From Salinivirgaceae bacterium (GTDB taxonomy: Bacteria > Bacteroidota > Bacteroidia > Bacteroidales > SZUA-534), in NCBI GenBank assembly GCA_024405635.1, contig JAKSOL010000036.1, forward strand, positions 1 through 10,916: 10,916 bases of DNA. The letters are read 5' to 3'. The position numbers and the translations under genes are program-made. The notes below the pieces were generated by a model that made no database searches, was not told the origin of the DNA, and worked only from the letters and a program-made list of their open reading frames with translations. Below, piece after piece: positions 1 through 7,185 of this stretch. The first letter of the stretch is position 1. The number at the start of each line of letters is the position of its first letter.

Positions 1-229
1 TAAAGTATTTTACTTGCGCTGTGTCGCCATTCACTGATTGATAAAGAGTTAGCAACTCGTCTTGGCTTTTGTATTGGTAGGTTTTGCTTTCAATTTGTTT
101 CAACTTTGATACTACTTCGGTGGGTAGGTTTTTAATGTTTTTCTTGAAGCGCTTGTCGGATGATTTGGTACACGAAACAGAATATTTAAGATATTGCGCA
201 CTAACTGTTTGTGCGCTAACTGAACTAGT
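1..229. repeat. Left arm of inverted repeat (partner 10652-10880)
   Basis: Reverse complement of 1-229 aligns without gaps to 10652-10880, with 12 mismatches by manual count (about 95% identity). Confidence 0.95.
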
Positions 230-847
230 GCTAACAGAACCAGAGTTGACACATCCTAGTGCTTTAATAGTACCATTAACGGCACAGTCACCACCTACGT
301 TAAGCAAACTAGTAGTTGTTGATGGATAACCAATTGTTACTTTACCACTAGTTTTTATTGTATTACAATTTACATCGCCAGTAACTGTAGATGTACTTGA
401 AGAGGTTGAATTTCCTTGATTAGACCCAATTTTTTCTATTATTATGTCTTCAATTGTTTTGGCTCCAATTATTAATGTAGATCCGTTTTCAATAGTAATG
501 TTGCCTGCAAAAGCACTATTACCATTTACTCGCAACTTTTCATTGGTATTAGGTGTAGCACCTATACCTAATTGACCATCATTTCCCCAAATTATTGTTC
601 TGCCCGTAAACTTTGAAACACCTTTTACATAAAGTTTATAATTATTATCTGGATTAGTTCCAATTCCAAGATTTCCATCAAGTTTTGTGTTACCATTTAG
701 ACTTGTAGTTCCTTTAACATTAAGTTTATAATTATTATTTGAATCGTATTCGCCAATATTAACATTGCCATTTGTCCCAACTTCAATTTGCGCAAACGAT
801 GCGTTTGCAATAGCCACTGCAACTATTGCTAGTAGTGTTTTCTTCAT
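1..847 (-). CDS. Secreted tail-fibre-like protein with peptidase S74 (intramolecular chaperone) domain, copy L; 3' end runs off the window
   Basis: Manual translation from the ATG at 847 is open for 282 codons to the edge. It starts MKKTLLAIVAVAIANASFA|Q (Sec/SPI-type signal ending in Gln), has repeated GNxGIG...YKLxVKG units, then SSDKRFKKNIKNL (S74 S-D-x-R-x-K motif, 143-160). It is absent from the ORF track because it has no stop in the window. Confidence 0.88.
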   Translation of the reverse strand, partial: MKKTLLAIVAVAIANASFAQIEVGTNGNVNIGEYDSNNNYKLNVKGTTSLNGNTKLDGNLGIGTNPDNNYKLYVKGVSKFTGRTIIWGNDGQLGIGATPNTNEKLRVNGNSAFAGNITIENGSTLIIGAKTIEDIIIEKIGSNQGNSTSSSTSTVTGDVNCNTIKTSGKVTIGYPSTTTSLLNVGGDCAVNGTIKALGCVNSGSVSTSSVSAQTVSAQYLKYSVSCTKSSDKRFKKNIKNLPTEVVSKLKQIESKTYQYKSQDELLTLYQSVNGDTAQVKYF

Positions 848-1190
848 GTTTTAATAAGTAGATTATAGTTTTTTGAGCAAGTTTTGGTTTGCTCCTTTTG
901 TTAAAAATTGTTTTCTCTTAAGTTAAATTATTTCCATCGCTCCAACCTTGTTGGTTAATGGCTCTACATAGTTGTGTTGTCTGTTTTGTGCAAAAAAGGT
1001 TTGCGCCACACACCCAGCAGCTTGTAAACAATAAAATATCAAGAGGTATAAAAACAAAAAACGTGGGTGTAGTTGCTCTTCTTGGCACAAAACCAGTAAA
1101 ACAAAACGTTTTCTGCGTTTAACTTCTATCACTTTAGTTCATAAACAACTTGGTGTGGTTGGTTTTGGGTTGAGTATGAAGAATGGTGAT
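848..1190 (-). ncRNA. Candidate structured 5' leader RNA, copy L
   Basis: Homologous to 9707-10039. It has conserved blocks separated by non-triplet indels, helices maintained in both copies and a 34-nt identical block (941-974). Confidence 0.6.
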
Positions 1191-1194
1191 GCGG

Positions 1195-1202
1195 TAAACT
1201 TA
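1195..1202 (-). promoter_or_regulatory. Putative Bacteroidota -7 promoter box variant (TAagTTTA) for the copy L leader and gene
   Basis: One mismatch to TAnnTTTG. The same TAnnTTTAcc occurs at the equivalent position of copy R, where strong homology begins. Confidence 0.5.
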
Positions 1203-1233
1203 TATAAATGATTTAAATTATTTAGCTGTAATC

Positions 1234-1291
1234 ATATATTTTTATGGTATATATTTTTATGGTATATATTTTTATGGTATATATTTTTATG
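1234..1291. repeat. Tandem repeat, 15-bp unit ATATATTTTTATGGT, about 3.9 copies
   Basis: Perfect units at 1234, 1249 and 1264, plus a 13-nt partial unit at 1279. Confidence 0.95.
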
Positions 1292-1312
1292 ACTTTTGCC
1301 ATTATTTGCGAC

Positions 1313-1351
1313 AAAAAAAGCCGCTCTACAAATAAATTGTAGAGCGGCTTT
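1313..1351 (-). terminator. Rho-independent terminator downstream of ribH
   Basis: Perfect 15-bp stem AAAGCCGCTCTACAA/TTGTAGAGCGGCTTT with a 5-nt loop and a T7 tract on the minus strand, about 20 nt after the ribH stop. Confidence 0.9.
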
Positions 1352-1372
1352 GTATTTTAAACTATTAGCGTT

Positions 1373-1849
1373 TTACACTTCCAACATTTTGAGAGCTGTT
1401 ATGCCAGCCTCAACGCCTTTGTTGCCAAGTTTGCCGCCTGCGCGGTCAAGTGCTTGCTGAAGGTTGTCGGTCGTAAGAACACCAAAAATAACTGGTGTTT
1501 CGCCTTTTGAGTTAAGCATCGAAATGCCTTCGGTAACGCCATTGCAAATAAAGTCGAAGTGGCGAGTGTCGCCTTGAATAACACAACCCAAGCAAATAAC
1601 ACCATCGTAGCACTTGGCGTTTACTTTTTTTGCAGCTGCGTATGTAAGCTCAAAAGTGCCAGGAACATGAACAAGTTCAATGTCGCTATCGGCAACACCG
1701 TTGTCGGCAAGGGCGGTAATGGCTCCTTGGGCCAAAGCATCGGTAATTTGCTTGTTCCACTCGGCAACAATCACGGCAAACTTTTTGCCTTTTCCGCTTG
1801 GAACGGTTGCTGGATCGTATTCCGAAAGGTTTTTAAGCGCTGACGCCAT
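1373..1849 (-). CDS. ribH: 6,7-dimethyl-8-ribityllumazine synthase
   Basis: 158 aa; motifs VPGTFEL, LGCVIQGDTRHFDFI, PVIFGVLTTD, GNKG. Confidence 0.97.
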   Translation of the reverse strand: MASALKNLSEYDPATVPSGKGKKFAVIVAEWNKQITDALAQGAITALADNGVADSDIELVHVPGTFELTYAAAKKVNAKCYDGVICLGCVIQGDTRHFDFICNGVTEGISMLNSKGETPVIFGVLTTDNLQQALDRAGGKLGNKGVEAGITALKMLEV

Positions 1850-1855
1850 ACCTTT

Positions 1856-2533
1856 TTATTTCGATAGTTTTTCAATGCTTTTTTCAACTTGGCGAGCCTC
1901 AGTTGATTCAGCATAATCGGCTTTAATTTTCTTGTATAGCGAAAGAGCTTTGCTGTTTTTGCCTGCTTTTTCGTAAGCAACAGCTGCCTTGTACAAGTAA
2001 AGTGGAGCTGTTAGTTTGTTGTCGGAATTAGCAGCTGCAGCCTCGTAGCACGATGCTCCTTTTTCAATGTTACCAAGTTCAACGTAAGCATCGCCCATAG
2101 CACCTTTAGCTATTGACGAAAGAACGATATCTTTTGCATTGAATTTTTTCAAGTGAGCAATAGCCTCTTCGTATTGACCAAGATACATGTAGCTGATACC
2201 TGCATAGTATTGTGCCAATTTTCCAGCTTTTGTGCCACCGTAGTTGTCAATCACATCAAGAAAACCATAGTTGTTACCGTCGCCGTTAAGAGCAAGGTTA
2301 AACGAGTCTTTTTGGAAATATTGCTCAGCAACATACATTGTTGAAGCGGCCTCGTTGTTACGTGGTTCCGATACAAAACGTTGGAAACCAAAATAAGCAG
2401 CCACCAATACCACAATACCAATAATGGCGTATGAAATGATTGATTTGTTTTCTTCAATGAAAAGTTCGGTGCGGCTCAATGCTGATTCTACACTCTCGAA
2501 GCCGTCTTGTTGTGTCTGTTGTTCTTGTGACAT
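1856..2533 (-). CDS. Membrane-anchored tetratricopeptide repeat protein (YfgM-like)
   Basis: 225 aa; one N-terminal transmembrane segment (IISYAIIGIVVLVAAYFGF) followed by TPR-like helices (YYAGISYMYLGQYEEAIAHL). This type of gene commonly precedes ribH in Bacteroidota. Confidence 0.85.
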   Translation of the reverse strand: MSQEQQTQQDGFESVESALSRTELFIEENKSIISYAIIGIVVLVAAYFGFQRFVSEPRNNEAASTMYVAEQYFQKDSFNLALNGDGNNYGFLDVIDNYGGTKAGKLAQYYAGISYMYLGQYEEAIAHLKKFNAKDIVLSSIAKGAMGDAYVELGNIEKGASCYEAAAANSDNKLTAPLYLYKAAVAYEKAGKNSKALSLYKKIKADYAESTEARQVEKSIEKLSK

Positions 2534-2568
2534 AATATAAAATATGAAATGGTTACTTTTTAACGCGG

Positions 2569-2576
2569 CAAAAATA
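2569..2576 (-). promoter_or_regulatory. -7 promoter box (TAttTTTG) for TPR-ribH
   Basis: Exact match to the Bacteroidota TAnnTTTG consensus, 35 nt upstream of the start codon. Confidence 0.65.
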
Positions 2577-2666
2577 AACGAATTTATTATTTGTAGAAAT
2601 AAAGTTTATAGTTGGCTACAAATGTTGATTTGCTTGATATTAGTATTAACTCAAATTGTTACTTAA

Positions 2667-3941
2667 TTATGTAAACCGATGAACCATAACTTGGTTGCCT
2701 ATGGCGCAATGTAAGCATCGGCGTTGCTTGCAGTAGCAGTTTGTGAGCTGTATAAGTGCCTGACTATCTGACGCATTCTCGCACTCAACGCCTACATTTG
2801 TCCAGCTGCGAATAATATTGTTGTCTTCGGGCAAAATTTGTTCAAGCCAACTTAAAGCACGATCAATTAAATGCGGTTTGGCCAAACTTTTTGCATAATA
2901 AAACATAAATGGCACTATTGCATTTATTACCAATATATTGAACGTAAAATTTCCTATTCCTTTAATTGCTCTTTTGCTCTCTTTTCCAAAATTGTAATGC
3001 GTGTGCCAATAGTCTGAAATGTCGGCATCAAAATACTTTTTAATTTCGGCAATATGCTCACACTCAACTATTTTAGACATGAGCGAGCTCGATTCATATA
3101 TCAGTGCAGCAAATTGTGCAAGGCGCACTGGTGGTGTATTACTCAGGTGCATGCGGGCAAATTTCCAAACATTAGCATCTATTGGCGTAAGATTGTATTT
3201 GTGGCGCAAAAAAGTGTGTTCGCGCACTAGCAATTGCGTGTATTCTTCAGTTGGATTATCGGGAAGCAAACCTGCCTGACCAAAAACAAGAGCCTCAACT
3301 TGCAAACGATTATGTTTGTGCCTAGCAACAACGTTGAGTGGTAACGACTGTGCCATTAGCACAAATGGCTCTGCGTTTACTTTTAATCCGTATGTACGAG
3401 CAAGCAATTGGTAAAATGTTTCTTCCCAATTGTTATTTGTTGCGGCAAACAATTCGGCCACCACTTTAGTTTTGTCCTCAATGCGTTCAATGGCCAACCT
3501 TTGGCGCCACTGTGCCATTACAAAACTGTTAATTTTTGCCACAAAACTTTCGCATGGCAACCAATCGCGCGTTTGCATCAAATATTGATAACGTTGGCGC
3601 ATGTCGTCGGAACATGATAGTTCAACGGTTGGAATAAGTTCGCCACTGGCTCGGCACACAGGTTGGTCGTTTTGCCAAACCACGTGAAGCACAATGCTAT
3701 CGTATCGGCTATCGGTTTGGTGGTGGTGTTTTTGCCAGTCCGATGCTTTAACGTGCATCTCTACATTTCCAGCCCATGTTACATCGCCAATTTTAATACG
3801 GGCATCGAAAAAATCGGGACCTTGATCGTGGTTATGTTGGCCGGGATTAAGCACTTCAACTTTGGCACCTGTAACGCAATCGGTTAGTGGCTGACTAAAC
3901 AACATTCGTTTCCACAAAAAGTGAAGCAATTCTTCGTTCAT
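2667..3941 (-). CDS. DUF2851 family protein
   Basis: 424 aa; MNEELLHFLW start, NHDQGPDFFDARIKIG, WAGNVEMH, W..HHHQTD.RYD..VLHVVW, and C-terminal YCKQRRCLHCAIG. Confidence 0.88.
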   Translation of the reverse strand: MNEELLHFLWKRMLFSQPLTDCVTGAKVEVLNPGQHNHDQGPDFFDARIKIGDVTWAGNVEMHVKASDWQKHHHQTDSRYDSIVLHVVWQNDQPVCRASGELIPTVELSCSDDMRQRYQYLMQTRDWLPCESFVAKINSFVMAQWRQRLAIERIEDKTKVVAELFAATNNNWEETFYQLLARTYGLKVNAEPFVLMAQSLPLNVVARHKHNRLQVEALVFGQAGLLPDNPTEEYTQLLVREHTFLRHKYNLTPIDANVWKFARMHLSNTPPVRLAQFAALIYESSSLMSKIVECEHIAEIKKYFDADISDYWHTHYNFGKESKRAIKGIGNFTFNILVINAIVPFMFYYAKSLAKPHLIDRALSWLEQILPEDNNIIRSWTNVGVECENASDSQALIQLTNCYCKQRRCLHCAIGNQVMVHRFT

Positions 3942-3964
3942 AGCAAAAGCTGGTTAATGGAGTT

Positions 3965-3972
3965 CAAATATA
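3965..3972 (-). promoter_or_regulatory. -7 promoter box (TAtaTTTG) for DUF2851 gene
   Basis: Exact TAnnTTTG match 23 nt upstream of the ATG and downstream of the pheS terminator. Confidence 0.55.
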
Positions 3973-4020
3973 TATTTATATGCCAACTAAACATAGTTAA
4001 ATGCTTAACACATTGACAAT

Positions 4021-4061
4021 AAACAAAAAAGGGCAGACTCAAAAGCCTACCCTTTTTGTTT
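4021..4061 (-). terminator. Rho-independent terminator downstream of pheS
   Basis: Minus strand reads GGGTAGGC-TTTTGA-GTCTGCCC followed by TTTTTTGTTT. Two G-U pairs form only on the minus strand. Confidence 0.85.
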
Positions 4062-4078
4062 GATATTTGATACTGTTA

Positions 4079-5098
4079 TTAGTATGCCGATTTGAATTGT
4101 TTAAGGAAACGAACATCGTTTTCGAAATACAAACGAAGGTCGCGAACTTGATATTTAAGCATTGCAATACGTTCAACACCCATACCAAATGCAAAACCTG
4201 TATATTTTTCAGGGTCGATGCCGTTGTTTTTCAACACGTTAGGGTCAACCATACCGCAACCCAAAATTTCGAGCCAACCTGTTCCTTTGCAAATGTTGCA
4301 ACCTTTGCCGCCGCAAATAGTACACGACACGTCCATTTCGGCCGATGGTTCGGTAAATGGGAAGTACGAAGGACGAAGACGGATTTTTGTTTCGGCACCA
4401 AACATTTCTTTTGCAAAGTACAAAAGGGTTTGTTTTAGGTCGGCAAACGATACATTTTCAGCCACATACAAACCTTCAACTTGGTGGAAGATGCAGTGAG
4501 CACGAGCCGATATGGCCTCATTGCGGAACACACGACCTGGGAACAAACTGCGGATAGGTGGTTGTGTTTTCTCCATTACACGCGACTGAACGCTTGAAGT
4601 GTGTGTACGAAGAAGAATATCAGGATCTTTCTCAATAAAGAAAGTGTCTTGCATATCGCGTGCTGGGTGCTCAGGAGGGAAGTTAAGCGACGAGAACACG
4701 TGCCAATCGTCTTCAACCTCTGGACCTTCACTTACGGTGAACCCAATGCGGTTAAAAATGTCGATAATTTCGTTTTTGGTAAGCGAAATAGGATGGCGGC
4801 TACCAACCTCGTATGGCTCTCCTGGACGGGTTAGGTCGTGAGCATCGTTTGATGCTGCTGCATTTTCAAGGTTTTCTTTTGCCTCGTCAAACTTTTGTTG
4901 AGCTAGTTGCTTTAGTTTGTTTATCTCGGCTCCAAGTACTTTTTTTTCTTCGGCTGCCACTGTACGGAACGAGTCGAACAACTGGCTTATTTCGCCTTTT
5001 TTACTCAAATATTTTAAACGAAACTGCTCTAGTTTTTCGGCAGAGTCAGTTTGCGATTGTTTAATGTCTTCAACCAGACTTTTAATCTTATCAATCAT
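4079..5098 (-). CDS. pheS: Phenylalanine--tRNA ligase alpha subunit
   Basis: 339 aa; HPARDMQDTF, LLRTHTS, GRVFR, FHQVEG, YFPFTEPS, GFAFGMGVER. Confidence 0.98.
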   Translation of the reverse strand: MIDKIKSLVEDIKQSQTDSAEKLEQFRLKYLSKKGEISQLFDSFRTVAAEEKKVLGAEINKLKQLAQQKFDEAKENLENAAASNDAHDLTRPGEPYEVGSRHPISLTKNEIIDIFNRIGFTVSEGPEVEDDWHVFSSLNFPPEHPARDMQDTFFIEKDPDILLRTHTSSVQSRVMEKTQPPIRSLFPGRVFRNEAISARAHCIFHQVEGLYVAENVSFADLKQTLLYFAKEMFGAETKIRLRPSYFPFTEPSAEMDVSCTICGGKGCNICKGTGWLEILGCGMVDPNVLKNNGIDPEKYTGFAFGMGVERIAMLKYQVRDLRLYFENDVRFLKQFKSAY

Positions 5099-5120
5099 CT
5101 GTATAAGTATTTTGAATACG

Positions 5121-5150
5121 CAAAGGTATTGAAATCATTGAGTTTGCAAA
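5121..5150 (-). promoter_or_regulatory. Bacteroidota sigma-A promoter for pheS, overlapping the 3' end of the upstream gene
   Basis: TTTG (5150-5147), an 18-nt spacer, then TAccTTTG (5128-5121). Confidence 0.7.
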
Positions 5151-6445
5151 CGAGCAATTTTTTTCTCCACATTGCCAAGTTTTTTTTCATCGGCAAGCAG
5201 CATTATTACAATTCCAATAAACGGAAGTGCAGGTATTTTGTACCTAACTAACGCACCTAAAACTGGAGTTGTTAGTCCAACCAACACATAAAGAATTACC
5301 ACAAACGACAACCATGTCCAAACCTCAACCCTACCAAAGTTGCTTTTTTTAATCATGCTCAACCCCATTAGCATTAGTAGCAAAAGCAGTATGTTTTCGG
5401 CAGCGGCCATTAGCATTGTCAGGCCCGACACTTCAAAAACCGATGGCCTGAAAAGTGTATTGAGAAAGGCTTGCGGTGCATTACAAATCATACTTAGTAT
5501 GGTTCCATCGAGCAGGGGAATATCGATGCGGCTACCAACGTTGCCTTGCTCTTCAACCATATTGATAAATGCGTGTTGCTTTTGGCTGATGATGTCGAAA
5601 AAGTCGAGCGAAGTAACCTTTGCCATTATCAAAACCAAAGCAAATAGAAACAAATGCGCTATAACAAATTGGGTTATTGGTTGGCCATGCTTTACTTTTT
5701 TAATCCACGCATAACTGGCAAATGCTGGCAATGCGGCCATCAGTACATAGAATTTTGATTGCATTAGCATAAACGATAACACAACAAGCCAAAGCATGTG
5801 AGGCAATTTTTTGGCGTTGCAAATTAGTTGGTCAAACTGATAAATAAACAGTCCGAAAAAGCCAATGAGCAACGATTCTTTTATGGCTGTTGATGTCCAA
5901 AATATAACTGACGGCAAACAAAAAACAGTTAGCACTGTCAACATTTTAGCATGAGGTAGATATTTGTGTATTGTTTTGCATATTGCCCACTGGCCTATAA
6001 ATGCAAAAAAACCAAGCAACAGGTTGTGTATGTGTACATTACCCATCGATATAAAATGAATTATCGCATTGGCGCGAATAACAATATGCGTGTCGTGAGG
6101 AATGCCAAAGTCGATGCTAGCTAGCCAAAAGTTGCAAGTGTCGTAATACTGCATAAGGTGCGGTTGCGATGCACCTATTCCTGTCATTATGCTTAAAAAA
6201 TCGAGTGGATGCTGAAACGCAACATCGTGAATTACTTTACCATCGGCTAAGTAGTTGAATAGGTCGCTTGTGTTGTTGGCGTAGTAATAAGTGTAAATGT
6301 ATGTAAACGCAAACGAGCAAGCTACTTTGGCCAACAAAATAGCAGTGAGCACATTGCGCCCTACTTTTGGAGTATCAAAAAAACTCCATTTGCGCACCAA
6401 TAGAATAAGTAGTGCGGTATAAATAACGAATAGCAACCAACTCAT
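5135..6445 (-). CDS. Polytopic integral membrane protein, possibly GT-C/Wzy-like
   Basis: 436 aa with roughly 10-11 hydrophobic segments; SD..Y in the first loop, IKES, and a C-terminal GALVRYK. The function is inferred only. Confidence 0.7.
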   Translation of the reverse strand: MSWLLFVIYTALLILLVRKWSFFDTPKVGRNVLTAILLAKVACSFAFTYIYTYYYANNTSDLFNYLADGKVIHDVAFQHPLDFLSIMTGIGASQPHLMQYYDTCNFWLASIDFGIPHDTHIVIRANAIIHFISMGNVHIHNLLLGFFAFIGQWAICKTIHKYLPHAKMLTVLTVFCLPSVIFWTSTAIKESLLIGFFGLFIYQFDQLICNAKKLPHMLWLVVLSFMLMQSKFYVLMAALPAFASYAWIKKVKHGQPITQFVIAHLFLFALVLIMAKVTSLDFFDIISQKQHAFINMVEEQGNVGSRIDIPLLDGTILSMICNAPQAFLNTLFRPSVFEVSGLTMLMAAAENILLLLLMLMGLSMIKKSNFGRVEVWTWLSFVVILYVLVGLTTPVLGALVRYKIPALPFIGIVIMLLADEKKLGNVEKKIARLQTQ

Positions 6446-6448
6446 CAG

Positions 6449-6754
6449 CTACAAGAATCCCAAATCGAGTTTAGCCTCTTCGCTCATCATATCTTGACTC
6501 CATTCGGGGTCCCACACAAGGTTTACAATAACCTCTTTTATTTGTGGAATGAGTTCGAGTCGAGTTTTCACTTCGTCAACAATTTGGTCGGCAAGCGGAC
6601 AACCAGGCGATGTAAGTGTCATTTCAACTTCAAGTACACCGTATTTTTCCTTTAAGTTGTAAACAAGCCCAAGGTCGTAAATATTCACTGGAATATCGGG
6701 ATCGTATATTGTACGAAGCTCGTTTACAATTGCCTCTTCAAGTTTAGCATCCAT
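6449..6754 (-). CDS. Fe-S cluster assembly protein, DUF59/SufT (PaaD/MIP18-like)
   Basis: 101 aa; DPDIPVNIYDLGLVY, MTLTSPGCP, VWDPEWSQDMMSEEA; adjacent to sufE. Confidence 0.92.
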   Translation of the reverse strand: MDAKLEEAIVNELRTIYDPDIPVNIYDLGLVYNLKEKYGVLEVEMTLTSPGCPLADQIVDEVKTRLELIPQIKEVIVNLVWDPEWSQDMMSEEAKLDLGFL

Positions 6755-6756
6755 AG

Positions 6757-7185
6757 TTATTTTTCAATTTGTGATTGAAAGGCCAACGCATACATACGCA
6801 TTTGCTTAATCATACTAATGAGGCCGTTTGAACGGGTTGGCGAAAGGTTTTCTTTCAGTCCAATGGCATCAATAAAATGTAAATCGGCATTAACAATTAC
6901 ATTAGGTTCAAGGCCCGAAAGCACACGTATAAGCAACGATACTATGCCTTTGGTGATTATGGCATCGCTATCGGCTGTAAAGTGTACTTGCTTGCCGTCA
7001 AAAGTTGCGGCAAGCCAAACTTGGCTTTGGCAGCCTTTAATTAGGCTATCGTCAGTGCGGTTGGTCTCGTCAAAAGCTGGTAGTTCTTTGCCTAGTTCAA
7101 TCAAATATTCGTATTTGTCCATCCAGTCAGTAAACACGCTAAAGTCGTCGATTACCTGTTGCTGACGTTGTTCTAATTCGTTCAT
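6757..7185 (-). CDS. sufE: Cysteine desulfuration protein SufE
   Basis: 142 aa; IKGCQSQVW acceptor Cys, ADSDAIITKG, LSPTRSNG. The start overlaps the sufS stop (TAATG). Confidence 0.95.
   Translation of the reverse strand: MNELEQRQQQVIDDFSVFTDWMDKYEYLIELGKELPAFDETNRTDDSLIKGCQSQVWLAATFDGKQVHFTADSDAIITKGIVSLLIRVLSGLEPNVIVNADLHFIDAIGLKENLSPTRSNGLISMIKQMRMYALAFQSQIEK

Noticed and set aside
84-329. ORF-track 81-aa plus-strand ORF and its near-identical 118-aa partner at 10441-10797 (minus)
   Set aside because: These are antisense shadows of the real S74 genes. Substitutions between the copies are almost all synonymous in the opposite-strand frame, which carries the signal peptide and domain motifs.
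1-847. Prophage or diversity-generating retroelement target
   Set aside because: No other phage genes or reverse transcriptase are in the window and the proteins have signal peptides. Differences between copies are mostly synonymous and not adenine-specific.
923-1132. 69-aa minus-strand ORF in the leader, and a 30-aa ORF at 9901-9993 in copy R sharing NYVEPLTNKVG, as a possible leader peptide
   Set aside because: Starts, lengths and upstream frames are not conserved because of 1-nt indels. The shared peptide follows trivially from the invariant 34-nt block, which shows no synonymous changes.
1234-1291. CRISPR array
   Set aside because: The 15-bp units are contiguous with no spacers, and there are no cas genes.
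4079-5098. pheS without adjacent pheT, and its CxxC-CxxC insert
   Set aside because: Both are ordinary features of Bacteroidota pheS.
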